Assembly (NCBI GenBank): GCA_964406895.1
Contig: CAYOTK010000002.1
Span: 6,004-70,003, forward strand
Direction: 5' to 3'
DNA from: an uncultured Candidatus Saccharibacteria bacterium
GTDB lineage: Bacteria; Patescibacteriota; Minisyncoccia; Phycocordibacterales; PALSA-1337
DNA length: 64,000 nucleotides
The notes beneath the pieces are model-generated. The model had not been told where the DNA came from. It saw only the letters and a program-made list of their open reading frames with translations, and ran no database searches. Position numbers and translations under genes: made by a program. Positions 19,207-29,041 of the stretch are shown piece by piece; position 1 is the stretch's first letter, and each line of letters starts with the position of its first letter.

Positions 19207-20492
19207 TAGACAAAAAATTAAAATTCAATATGCCTGTGTTGACGTATTTTTATAGTCCTGTAATGGAGGCAGCAAAGATCAAATATAAAAACGAATATAT
19301 TGTAGGAAAATGGTTTGTTCGATGTTCAAAAAATAAAGGATTTACTGGTGCTCTAGCCTTTGATAGCACATTTCTTGAACCGGGAAGAAGGTTTTTGAAT
19401 TTGCTCGACACTGATTTTGAGTTTGGTGATTATCTATATAACTGTTGCAAACAAGTTTCTCAAACAGCAGATAAACTTCAAACTATTTATATTAGCGATT
19501 TAACAAATAATAAAATCTCAAATTTAGATCTTTTTTATCCAGATTATAAGAAGGTATTTTCATTAGCGGTTGGATTTGGTTATTCCCTAGATTTTGCATT
19601 TGACGAATATATTAAAAAAAATAATATTAACCCATCAAATCTAGAGTCGGTTGGACTGTCATTCCAAAATCTAGAAAAAAATGAATTAAGAAAGATATTT
19701 CTTGAAAAAGATCAGGCGGAATTTGATAACAAAATGCGAGAACACATATTAAAATATTCGTGGCTTTTAAATAATTATGCTGGTGAACATTTGATTACAA
19801 AGGATTATTTTTTGAATAGAAAATCAGAGGTTTTAAATCATTCCTTTGTGGAAGATATAACAAAAAACTCTCAACCAAAAAATATCACTGAATGGATATC
19901 TTTCTTAACTTACGTGCGAGATGAAAGAAAGAGACTCAATCTTATAGCCACAGGACTCCTTGATCGATATTTGAAAAACGAATGTAGTAAATTGAATATT
20001 TCTAGAGACACTGCTGTTCTTTTAACAGTAGAAGAATTTGAAAAATTTAAAGAAAACATCAGTTTGATCCCTGAACGATTAGAAAGATTCATTAAGATCA
20101 CGCATGAGGGCTTGATAGATGTTTCTAGAAAAGAATGGGATGAAGCTTTCAAAGAAGAACTTATAACGTCAAGTGAAATTAGAGGTCAGATTGCTTCTAA
20201 GGGCACAGCTACAGGAAAAGTAAAAATTATTATTAATCGAGAGGATTTCGATAAATTACAAAATGGAGAAATTATTGTTGCTTCAATGACAAGACCAGAA
20301 TTTGCTCCTATTTTGAATAGATGTTCTGCTATAATAACAGACGAAGGAGGTGTCACTTGCCATGCAGCGATTGTAGCCAGGGAATTAAATATTCCTTGTA
20401 TTATTGGAACTCAAATAGCTACTGAGGTTTTGAAAGACGGCGATATGGTAGAAGTGGATGCGGATAAGGGTATTGTTAAGGTTATTATATAA
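19203..20492 (+). CDS. array member 6: variable domain + phospho-His domain
   Basis: TDEGGVTCHAAIVARELNIPC; ATGA overlap with member 5. Confidence 0.85.
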   Translation: MIDKKLKFNMPVLTYFYSPVMEAAKIKYKNEYIVGKWFVRCSKNKGFTGALAFDSTFLEPGRRFLNLLDTDFEFGDYLYNCCKQVSQTADKLQTIYISDLTNNKISNLDLFYPDYKKVFSLAVGFGYSLDFAFDEYIKKNNINPSNLESVGLSFQNLEKNELRKIFLEKDQAEFDNKMREHILKYSWLLNNYAGEHLITKDYFLNRKSEVLNHSFVEDITKNSQPKNITEWISFLTYVRDERKRLNLIATGLLDRYLKNECSKLNISRDTAVLLTVEEFEKFKENISLIPERLERFIKITHEGLIDVSRKEWDEAFKEELITSSEIRGQIASKGTATGKVKIIINREDFDKLQNGEIIVASMTRPEFAPILNRCSAIITDEGGVTCHAAIVARELNIPCIIGTQIATEVLKDGDMVEVDADKGIVKVII

Positions 20493-20500
20493 TTTATTTT

Positions 20501-21532
20501 ATGTGGAAAAAACTTGTAACAAGAGAATCGACATTCATTGAACGAACATTAAGGTTTGATGGATATTATGAGTTTCTGCCAAATCCATTTACCGTAAAAC
20601 AAAAGGATTTGTTGGCTATTTATAAGAATGGAATGACTACCCAATATGTCCAAACTGATGATTTTGAATCAAAGCTTGATTTTTTAAAACATGACTTGCA
20701 TGAAATCGGTTTTGAAAAAATAATAAATAAATGGGACTATATTTTTTATCAACTGGATGAGGTCTCACAAAAGCTAGCTAAGTCAGGTTTAATTGCTGAT
20801 TTGATAAGTTTCGGAAAATACTATAAACAATCTCGTGCAATTATTCTTTACGCATTTAATCTGGCTAAATTATTGAAAGGAGAGAATGAAAAAGATTCAA
20901 GGATAGATATATTGCAAAAGTACTATGATGAAGCCGAGGTTAAAAGTAGTAGATCTTGGTTAAAGATTCACCCTTTTGTTGAAAACATAAAGCATAAAAT
21001 GGCAGTTGGTGATGAAATTTATTCATATTCATTTGAGGAATTTTGTAATTTTTTATCAACTGGTGTAAAGATTGATAAAAAGATTCTTCGTGAACGAGAG
21101 GAATTATCAGTTATTTTAATTGATAATTATAAATATAATATTTACTTTGGAAGTGAGGCAGTAAAGATAATTAATACATTAAATATTGAGGATGACATTA
21201 TTACAGCTGGGGCTGAAATTAGTGGTACGGTTGTCTATAAAGGAAAAGTTTGTGGACGCGCAGTTATTATAAAATCAAAAGAAGATTATAAAAATATTCA
21301 AGACGGAGATGTATTGATTACTACAATGACTGATCCGTCAATGGTCAGTTATTTATCAAAAGTCGTCGCCATAGTTACGGATGAAGGCGGAATATTATGT
21401 CACGCATCTATTATTTCGCGAGAAATGAGAATACCATGTGTTATTGCGACAAGGTATGCTACTAGGGTTTTGAAAGAAGGCGACATGGTAGAGGTTGATG
21501 CGGATAAGGGAGTGGTGAGGATTATTAAGTAA
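20501..21532 (+). CDS. array member 7: variable domain + phospho-His domain
   Basis: TDEGGILCHASIISREMRIPC. Confidence 0.85.
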   Translation: MWKKLVTRESTFIERTLRFDGYYEFLPNPFTVKQKDLLAIYKNGMTTQYVQTDDFESKLDFLKHDLHEIGFEKIINKWDYIFYQLDEVSQKLAKSGLIADLISFGKYYKQSRAIILYAFNLAKLLKGENEKDSRIDILQKYYDEAEVKSSRSWLKIHPFVENIKHKMAVGDEIYSYSFEEFCNFLSTGVKIDKKILREREELSVILIDNYKYNIYFGSEAVKIINTLNIEDDIITAGAEISGTVVYKGKVCGRAVIIKSKEDYKNIQDGDVLITTMTDPSMVSYLSKVVAIVTDEGGILCHASIISREMRIPCVIATRYATRVLKEGDMVEVDADKGVVRIIK

Positions 21533-21547
21533 TATAGTTTAATTATT

Positions 21548-22426
21548 ATGACTATTGAAACACAAGAAGTTTTTGAAAGAAAAGAAAAAGGTAGTAATGT
21601 CGAAGTTCTTGTTAGATTTATGCGACATGGCGAACGCGATAAGGTGGGTAATCTTATAGATCTCGGTAGACAAATAACAAGACAACAAGCCGCAAATGAT
21701 GCAGAAAACATGGACAATGATTTTGATGCAGTCAAGGCTATTGGATCAGATGCTGGACCGAAAGGATCAACAAATATGGAAAGAGCCTTAGAGACAGCAC
21801 ATATTTATGCACAAGAAATAGCTGGTGACGATGCATTTAAAACACGAGTTAACTCTGTGTTGAGTTATGAGACATTAAAAAATCCCGTTCCTTATAACCA
21901 CGTTGAGATATACAATGCGAATTTACCGGCTAATTTCGAGTCTTTAAGAGGAGATGAATATGTACAGGCCGCAAAAAGGGCACAAAGTGCAGTTATAAAT
22001 CATTTGCTATCTCTCAACACTCCTGAGGCAAAAGTTTTTATAGATGAAGTCGCTGGAGCGTTCGCTCTTGTCATAGAACATTATATAGAGGTTGCAAAAA
22101 GGATAAATTCTGAATCAAAAGTACTAATACCCGCTGGTACTCATGGTGGTCTCATGGAGCTTTTGTTAAAAGAGGCTTTGGTCAGAGTTGATGGGGAAGG
22201 TAATAAAATTGTTGGTTTTAAAAATATTGATGAAATAGGTGGCGAATTCAATCCTTCAGAATCGTATGATGTTGATATTAGAACTGATGAGAAAGGCGAT
22301 ATTCTTCCTTTGAAAGTCTATTTTACTTCTCAATCTAGACCAAAAGGAGATATGTTTCTGGATTTAGACAAATTACACGCACTCAGTGAGTATTACAGGA
22401 GTATACATAAAGATGAAATCAGATAA
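21548..22426 (+). CDS. histidine phosphatase superfamily protein
   Basis: FMRHGER, RALETA, GTHGG catalytic motifs. Confidence 0.8.
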   Translation: MTIETQEVFERKEKGSNVEVLVRFMRHGERDKVGNLIDLGRQITRQQAANDAENMDNDFDAVKAIGSDAGPKGSTNMERALETAHIYAQEIAGDDAFKTRVNSVLSYETLKNPVPYNHVEIYNANLPANFESLRGDEYVQAAKRAQSAVINHLLSLNTPEAKVFIDEVAGAFALVIEHYIEVAKRINSESKVLIPAGTHGGLMELLLKEALVRVDGEGNKIVGFKNIDEIGGEFNPSESYDVDIRTDEKGDILPLKVYFTSQSRPKGDMFLDLDKLHALSEYYRSIHKDEIR

Positions 22427-23831
22427 AATAAAACCAAATTGGCTAAAAGTCGTCTCATTTAAGACCGAGCTTCTTTCTGAATATTTGATTCATAAGGGGT
22501 ATAGGGAAGATCTGCCAAAATTATTACCCCGAATCGGTTTGTTGAGAAATCGTATGATTATCGACAACGATATTTATGTGGACTTGAATGAGGTTAATGA
22601 AGTATCAAAAATTTTATCTAAAGATTTAATTTCTTATGCTGACGAAGCCTATTCTGCTATTGAGGCGCAGTCTACAAAATTACTTATTATTTCCAATAAG
22701 ATTAGAAAGAGTGATATTTTTTCATTTTCCAATCAAGATTTAATAGATTATTTGAAAGATTTTTTCGCTGAGTACAAATGTGCTCTTGGTGCAATTGGAA
22801 TTCCAACCATTATTGATCTGACTATAGAACCGAAAATAAAAGAATATTTAAGAACTTCCGAAATTAAAAATGTCGACGAAGCTTTTGGTGTGCTTGCTAT
22901 TTCAGAAAGAACCATAGCAACAAATCAAGAATCTATGGATCTTATTGATATTGCAATTGAAAAGAGTAGCGATAGAGATTTTGTAAATTGCGTAGAAAAA
23001 CACAATCAAAAATATGGCTGGTTGCACTCGACATTGTTTTTGGGTGATGAGTATACAGAGTCAAAAATAGTCGATGAAATAAACAGTATTGGCAATCCCA
23101 TTATAGAAAAAGAACATATTATTGGTGAACGCAGAAGACAAATTGCTGAAACAGAAAATATGATTGAGCGCATATCGTCTGAAGAGGGAAAATCTCTCGC
23201 AAGATTCTTTCAGAAGGCGGTATATTTTCGAACTGCACGGCTCGAATGGCTGAATCAGGCCTGTTTTGCAATGCGTCCAGTAATGAACGAGATTGCTTCT
23301 AGACTAAAAATCAACTTTGATGACCTTATTTATCTTTATCCGGAGGAAATATATAAATTACTATCTCAGCCATCTTTATTAAATAAGGAGGTTATAAATG
23401 AGCGTAAAAAAGGTTATGCTTTTATCTCAGATGATAGTCATGAATATGCTCTGTTCACCGGACAGCATCTCATGGAATGGAAAGAAAAATTTTCAGTTAA
23501 AATAGACATGGGCGTAATCAAAGGGACCGTTGCATGCAAGGGCAAAGTAAGGGGTCGCGTTGTTCTGATGAAAGATCGCTCAGAATTAAGTAAGATTCAT
23601 TTTGGAGATATTATGGTTACACCACTGACTACACCTGATTTTGTTGTTGCAATGAAGAAATCAAGTGCAATTGTTACAGATCTTGGAGGAATGACTTCTC
23701 ATGCCGCTATTGTTTCTCGTGAATTGGGAATTCCTTGTATTGTGGGAACGAAGAATGCAACAAGAATTTTGAAAGACGGTGACATGGTAGAAGTAGATGC
23801 GAATAACGGAGTCGTAAATATTCTTAAATAA
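22413..23831 (+). CDS. array member 8: variable domain + phospho-His domain
   Basis: TDLGGMTSHAAIVSRELGIPC; start moved to ATG 22413. Confidence 0.85.
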   Translation: MKSDKIKPNWLKVVSFKTELLSEYLIHKGYREDLPKLLPRIGLLRNRMIIDNDIYVDLNEVNEVSKILSKDLISYADEAYSAIEAQSTKLLIISNKIRKSDIFSFSNQDLIDYLKDFFAEYKCALGAIGIPTIIDLTIEPKIKEYLRTSEIKNVDEAFGVLAISERTIATNQESMDLIDIAIEKSSDRDFVNCVEKHNQKYGWLHSTLFLGDEYTESKIVDEINSIGNPIIEKEHIIGERRRQIAETENMIERISSEEGKSLARFFQKAVYFRTARLEWLNQACFAMRPVMNEIASRLKINFDDLIYLYPEEIYKLLSQPSLLNKEVINERKKGYAFISDDSHEYALFTGQHLMEWKEKFSVKIDMGVIKGTVACKGKVRGRVVLMKDRSELSKIHFGDIMVTPLTTPDFVVAMKKSSAIVTDLGGMTSHAAIVSRELGIPCIVGTKNATRILKDGDMVEVDANNGVVNILK

Positions 23832-23832
23832 A

Positions 23833-24519
23833 ATGAAAAAAGTACTTATAACAGGTGGTAGTGATGGACTTGGAAAAATGCTGGCGAAGATTCTTGTTTC
23901 GAGCAAGAAGTACAAAGTTATTATTCTTTCTAGGGATGAAAAGAATACAAAGCAAGTTGCAAAACAGATTGGTTGTGATTATGTTGTTGCTGATGTTGCT
24001 GATTATTCACAGGTCAAATCTGCTATTTCTAAAGTCATGAATAAGCACGAATCTATCGATTGTCTCGTAAATAATGCCGGGGTTTGGATTCAGGGCCCAT
24101 TGGAATCAAATGATCCAAAAGAAATTGAAAAAGTTATGAGAATAAATTCAATTGGAGTAATAAATATAACGCACGCAGTTCTTCCTTTCATGAAAAAAAT
24201 AAAGTCTGGAAGAATTATTAATGTAATATCGCAGGCTGGTCTATATGGAAAATCAGAGCGTAGTGTTTATACTGCTTCAAAGTTTGCCATAACTGGACTT
24301 ACAAAGGCAATGGATTTGGAGCTCTCACCCTTCGGTATTTCTGTGGTTGGTTTTTATCCAGGTGCTATGAAGACTGACTTTTTTGCAAAAGTTAAAATTA
24401 ATAAAGATATGTCCGGTTATATGGATATAAAAGACGTGGCGAATGCGCTTAAGTTTATCATTGAAATTCCTGAAGGTTTGACAGTGCCAGAATTTGGATT
24501 GAGGTCATTGAAACAGTAG
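23833..24519 (+). CDS. short-chain dehydrogenase/reductase (SDR)
   Basis: TGGSDGLG, NNAG, S...YTASK. Confidence 0.9.
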   Translation: MKKVLITGGSDGLGKMLAKILVSSKKYKVIILSRDEKNTKQVAKQIGCDYVVADVADYSQVKSAISKVMNKHESIDCLVNNAGVWIQGPLESNDPKEIEKVMRINSIGVINITHAVLPFMKKIKSGRIINVISQAGLYGKSERSVYTASKFAITGLTKAMDLELSPFGISVVGFYPGAMKTDFFAKVKINKDMSGYMDIKDVANALKFIIEIPEGLTVPEFGLRSLKQ

Positions 24520-24715
24520 GGCGGTAATATTTTATTTGTTTTTGGATTTTGAGTAATAATTTTGAAAGGTAAAAAAGAGAATTTATAATATAAAAAGAAA
24601 AGGGTGCCTTAGGTAGTTAACCGTTTGGACCCCTTTTCGTCTGAATGTCTATATGTTAGCAGATTAAGATTAATTGTCAACATTACCATTTTTAACTATG
24701 CTATAATACCCCTCC

Positions 24716-25531
24716 ATGTCCACCTCACCCAACGACCACACCATAACAGTTTCAAACTTATCCAAAACCTTCAATGGCACATTCGTAGCCGTGAATGATG
24801 TCAGTTTCGAAGTGCCCAGTGGTTCGACTTTTGCATTCTTGGGACCAAACGGAGCGGGCAAGACGACGACGATCAAGATGCTCACTACACTTCTCCAGCC
24901 AAGTTCAGGCACAATATCTGTGAATGGTTATGATCCAGTCAAACACCCATCAGAAGTCAGAAGGTCATTTGGTATAGTTTTCCAAGATCCATCACTCGAT
25001 GATGAACTCACCGCTTATGAAAATATGTTTTTGCATGCCGGTTTGTATGGTGTCCCGAGAAATGAAACGAAAGAATCGATTGAGAAACTCTTGAATTTCG
25101 TCGAGCTTTGGGATCGCAAAGATAGTTTGGTAAAAACTTTTTCCGGAGGAATGAAAAGGCGTTTGGAAATAGCGCGTGGATTACTACATACGCCGGCGGT
25201 TTTATTCTTAGACGAGCCGACAGTAGGACTCGATCCACAGACTCGCAATCATATCTGGCAGTACATAAAGAAATTGAACAAAGAGAGAGGACTAACGGTT
25301 TTCTTCACGACACATTATATGGACGAAGTAGAGCGTGTGGCAGATAGGGTCGCTATAATCGATCATGGTAAGCTCATCGCAAATGATACCGTGCAAAATA
25401 TTATAAGCAAGGCAAATGCTACGACTCTAGAAGAAGCATTCATCAAACTCACTGGCCATGAAATGCGCAATGAAGAGGCGAGTGCAGTCGATAGTATGAG
25501 GCAGATGCGCAAGGTTTGGGGTAGAAGATAA
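24716..25531 (+). CDS. ABC-2 exporter ATP-binding subunit (DrrA-like)
   Basis: GPNGAGKTT, FSGGMKRR, LFLDEPT. Confidence 0.9.
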   Translation: MSTSPNDHTITVSNLSKTFNGTFVAVNDVSFEVPSGSTFAFLGPNGAGKTTTIKMLTTLLQPSSGTISVNGYDPVKHPSEVRRSFGIVFQDPSLDDELTAYENMFLHAGLYGVPRNETKESIEKLLNFVELWDRKDSLVKTFSGGMKRRLEIARGLLHTPAVLFLDEPTVGLDPQTRNHIWQYIKKLNKERGLTVFFTTHYMDEVERVADRVAIIDHGKLIANDTVQNIISKANATTLEEAFIKLTGHEMRNEEASAVDSMRQMRKVWGRR

Positions 25532-25535
25532 AAAC

Positions 25536-26294
25536 ATGCAAACAAATACATTTTATGCAATTTACATATTGTGGCTACGACAGATAAAGCGCTATTTCCG
25601 CTCCAAGTCGAGAATAATAGGCTCCCTCGGTCAACCAATACTTTTCCTTGTGGCGCTCGGCTTCGGTCTCAATTCTGTTTTCAAAGCTTCAGGCGAAGGC
25701 AACTATATACAATTCCTTTCCCCAGGAATAATTGCTATGAGCATTTTATTCACGGCAATTTTTTCTGGAATAGAAATCATTTGGGATAGGCAATTTGGTT
25801 TCCTGAAGGAGACTCTGGTCGCGCCTGTTTCTAGATTTACAATTATGTTTGGTCGTACGCTCGGTGGTGCAACGGTTGCATCATTCCAAGGAATTCTTGT
25901 TCTCATTATTTCTGTTTTGATTGGCTTCAGACCAGAATTGTCTCTCGTTATTCCTGCCATTATATTCATGGTTCTTATTGCTTTCGTCTTTACCGCTCTT
26001 GGTACCGCTATCGCTTCTATCCTAGAAGACATGCAAGGTTTCCAACTCATCATGAACTTCGTAGTCATGCCTGTTTTCTTCCTTTCCGGCTCGCTCTTTC
26101 CGCTCGACACAGCGCCGTCAGTGCTCAAATGGATAGCGACTTTCAATCCTCTGACTTATGGTGTTGATGGTCTGCGTTCTGCTCTCATAGGTGTTTCGCA
26201 TTTCAGTGCGTGGACTGATTTTGCCGTTCTCATAATAGTTGCAACACTATTCGTTAGTATCGGGGCGTGGTTGTTTTCGAAGATTAAGGTGTGA
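25536..26294 (+). CDS. ABC-2 permease (DrrB-like)
   Basis: Hydrophobic; DRQFGFLKETLVAP, FFLSGSLFP, NPLTYGVD. Confidence 0.9.
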   Translation: MQTNTFYAIYILWLRQIKRYFRSKSRIIGSLGQPILFLVALGFGLNSVFKASGEGNYIQFLSPGIIAMSILFTAIFSGIEIIWDRQFGFLKETLVAPVSRFTIMFGRTLGGATVASFQGILVLIISVLIGFRPELSLVIPAIIFMVLIAFVFTALGTAIASILEDMQGFQLIMNFVVMPVFFLSGSLFPLDTAPSVLKWIATFNPLTYGVDGLRSALIGVSHFSAWTDFAVLIIVATLFVSIGAWLFSKIKV

Positions 26295-26302
26295 TTTATT
26301 AT

Positions 26303-26418
26303 CGAGGTCGGACCTTTTAGAGGTCCGACCTCGTATGATACTTTGACATCACAGTCCGTTGTGATATTATTATTTCTTATTATTCTAATATAGGTCCGAC
26401 CTTTTGAAGGTCCGACTT
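26303..26418. repeat. four copies of a short REP-like AGGTC(C/G)GAC(C/T)T motif
   Basis: cgaggtcggacct-tttag-aggtccgacctcg hairpin (26303-26333) plus aggtccgacct (26392) and aggtccgactt (26408), flanking a TTGACA promoter-like site at 26343. Confidence 0.55.
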
Positions 26419-26429
26419 CTAACTAAAAA

Positions 26430-28259
26430 ATGCAAAAAAAGGAAAATAAAGGTTCTGAGGCAAAGAACCTCCGTAATTTTTTTAATTTATTTGTGAATAT
26501 TTATAGAATATTCATGATGGCATTTCGATTTATGCCGTGGCATACCGTAGGCATGATATTGCTTACAATTGTAATTGGTGCAACTCCAATATTTGCTTTC
26601 AAGGCAATGGGTTCACTTATCGATACAATAATCGCAGGAGCAAAAAGTGGAATTCTTGGTGCTGTGTGGGTATCACTTCTCGTTTATGCTGTGCTTAATA
26701 TCTTGCCTGCGCTAGCTTCAAATACTAGAAGATTTGTTGAGAGAGTTTGGTATATGCGCTTGCAAGATTATTTTGATCTTATGACTTTGAAAAAAAGGGG
26801 TAGTTTTGATATCGCTCAATTTGAGGATACAAAATTTTTGGACTTTATGCAGAGAGCATTCAATCAAAGTTACTACCCATTGTTAAATATCCTGGATGGT
26901 TCAATAGACTTAATGCAATACGTAGTGGGTATTCTTGTTGGTTCTGTTGCTGCCTTTGTCATCGATTGGCAAGTATTCGTGCTAGTAATAGTTACAGCAA
27001 TACCAACTTTTGTTATAGAGGTTAAGTATGGTACTCAGATATGGCATCTTTTTTACAAGAATAGTCCTGAACAAAGAAGGAGTCAGGATTTGAGAAGATT
27101 TTTCTCAACAGGAAATAAATATTCAGTTATAGATGGCAAACTTTATCAAGTCGGTGAGAAATTTTTGAAAATCATAAAAAAGATTCAAGAAGACTTTACA
27201 AACTCGCAACTGAAAACTGAAAATAGAAAAACCGCATATTCCATAATTGCCACAATAATTGCTGGAGTCGGTCTCTTCGTAGGTACAGCAATGATAATAA
27301 AGAGCGCAATTGCAGGAGTGATCGCTATCGGTACTGTTGTTTATGCATTTCAGACACTCTCAAGAGTTAGTGGACAAGCACAACAATTGTTAAATCAAAT
27401 TGCAAAAATGATGGAAAGAAATCTTTACGTCACCGACATATTCAAGGTAATAGATATGAAACCATCATTAGTTAGACCAAAAAATCCCAAGAAGCTCAAT
27501 CTTGAAATCGCTCCTCATATAGTTTTTGAAAATGTATCATTCAAATATCCGAGTCAAGATAAGTATGCTCTCAAAAATGTTTCCTTGGAAATTAAATCAG
27601 GTGAGAAATTGGGTCTAGTTGGAAATAACGGTTCTGGCAAATCAACTATTGTTAGATTGCTTCTTAGGATTCATGACCCGAATGAAGGGCGAATACTCAT
27701 AAATGGTACTGATTTGCGAGAATTGGATCTCAACGAATGGTGGAGTTATTTGGGCGTTTTGCTTCAAGATTTCATCACTTACAATTTCAGTGTCAAAGAA
27801 TCAGTTGCAGTTGGTAGAAGTGATAAAAACATAGATATGGATACAGTCGAGAAGGCAACCAAGCAAAGTACGTCTAATTCATTCGTGGATAAACTAGAAA
27901 AGAAATATGATCATATGATAGGCGTGGAATTCGGCGGTATAGAACCATCGAAAGGTCAGAGACAGAAACTAGCAATCGCGCGCGCTTTGTATCGCACACC
28001 TCATCTGCTCATACTTGATGAACCGACCGCATCGATTGATTCTGAGTCTGCCTCTATCATATTCAATGAAATAGAATCTTTACCAGAGAATACTTCGGCC
28101 ATTTTGATATCGCACAATTTTGCCACAATCAAGAGAGCTTCGAAGATAATTGTTTTGGAGAATGGTTCAATCAGGGAACATGGAACACATGAAGAACTGG
28201 TCAATAAGAATGGTGTTTATGCCGAAGCCTTCAATAAGCAAAAGAAGGAGTTTGAGTAA
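26430..28259 (+). CDS. ABC transporter, fused permease/ATPase
   Basis: N-terminal TM region; GNNGSGKST, PSKGQRQK, LILDEPT. Confidence 0.9.
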   Translation: MQKKENKGSEAKNLRNFFNLFVNIYRIFMMAFRFMPWHTVGMILLTIVIGATPIFAFKAMGSLIDTIIAGAKSGILGAVWVSLLVYAVLNILPALASNTRRFVERVWYMRLQDYFDLMTLKKRGSFDIAQFEDTKFLDFMQRAFNQSYYPLLNILDGSIDLMQYVVGILVGSVAAFVIDWQVFVLVIVTAIPTFVIEVKYGTQIWHLFYKNSPEQRRSQDLRRFFSTGNKYSVIDGKLYQVGEKFLKIIKKIQEDFTNSQLKTENRKTAYSIIATIIAGVGLFVGTAMIIKSAIAGVIAIGTVVYAFQTLSRVSGQAQQLLNQIAKMMERNLYVTDIFKVIDMKPSLVRPKNPKKLNLEIAPHIVFENVSFKYPSQDKYALKNVSLEIKSGEKLGLVGNNGSGKSTIVRLLLRIHDPNEGRILINGTDLRELDLNEWWSYLGVLLQDFITYNFSVKESVAVGRSDKNIDMDTVEKATKQSTSNSFVDKLEKKYDHMIGVEFGGIEPSKGQRQKLAIARALYRTPHLLILDEPTASIDSESASIIFNEIESLPENTSAILISHNFATIKRASKIIVLENGSIREHGTHEELVNKNGVYAEAFNKQKKEFE

Positions 28260-28285
28260 AACATTTCTCGGGGTATAATAAGGAC

Positions 28286-29023
28286 ATGTCTACAAACAAT
28301 TTTTGGTCACGAGTACCAGCACATTCTATTATTTCTGGTGCAGTTATTATTAGTGCCCTTATATGGGGAATGTTTTATTATCAGTCCGCCAAACTTTCTT
28401 CAGGCAGAGATGTATTGTCTGTTACCGGTTCGGCCAAAACAAAAGTTACTTCAGATGTAGCCAAGCTCACGCTTTCTACTATCCATGTCACATATGGCAG
28501 ATCTCTCGCTACAGGCAATCAGGCAGTTTCTCGTGACGTTGAACTCATAAAATCTCTGGTGAAGAGCAAGGGATTCAAGGATACTGATATGACTATTACA
28601 CCTGTCTATATGGATCAAGTCTATGAGTCCAATCAACCAGTCGATCCAAAATACAATTTGAGACAAACTATTATCATCCAATCATCTGACATTCAAAAAA
28701 TCACTGATATATCAAAAGCCGTTCCTACTCTTTCTTCTCAGGGCGCTATAGTGTCAGTTCAATCCTTGGAATATTATTATTCCAAATTACCAGAATTGAG
28801 AGTCAAACTTCTTTCTTCTGCAATCAAAGATGCTGAAGCTAGAGCAAAAAGTATAGTCGAAAGTACCGGTCGAAAGGTCGGCAGTATTCGTTCGGCTTCG
28901 AGTGGTGTTGTCCAGGTCCTACCAGTAAATTCAGTAGAAATATCAGATTATGGTTCGTATGATACTTCGTATGTCGACAAGGATGTTATGGTTACAGTCA
29001 AGGCTACATTTGGTCTAAAATAA
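28286..29023 (+). CDS. SIMPL (DUF541) family protein
   Basis: Signal/TM N-terminus, SVTGSA, AIKDAEARAKSI, YDTS..DKDVMVTV. Confidence 0.8.
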   Translation: MSTNNFWSRVPAHSIISGAVIISALIWGMFYYQSAKLSSGRDVLSVTGSAKTKVTSDVAKLTLSTIHVTYGRSLATGNQAVSRDVELIKSLVKSKGFKDTDMTITPVYMDQVYESNQPVDPKYNLRQTIIIQSSDIQKITDISKAVPTLSSQGAIVSVQSLEYYYSKLPELRVKLLSSAIKDAEARAKSIVESTGRKVGSIRSASSGVVQVLPVNSVEISDYGSYDTSYVDKDVMVTVKATFGLK

Positions 29024-29041
29024 AAAATTTATATAAGCATT

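Noticed and set aside
13781-23831. Repeated gene tails as a CRISPR array, integron attC sites or DGR repeats
   Set aside because: The repeats are coding and kb-spaced, are not palindromic, lack cas/intI genes, and their differences are synonymous rather than adenine-specific.
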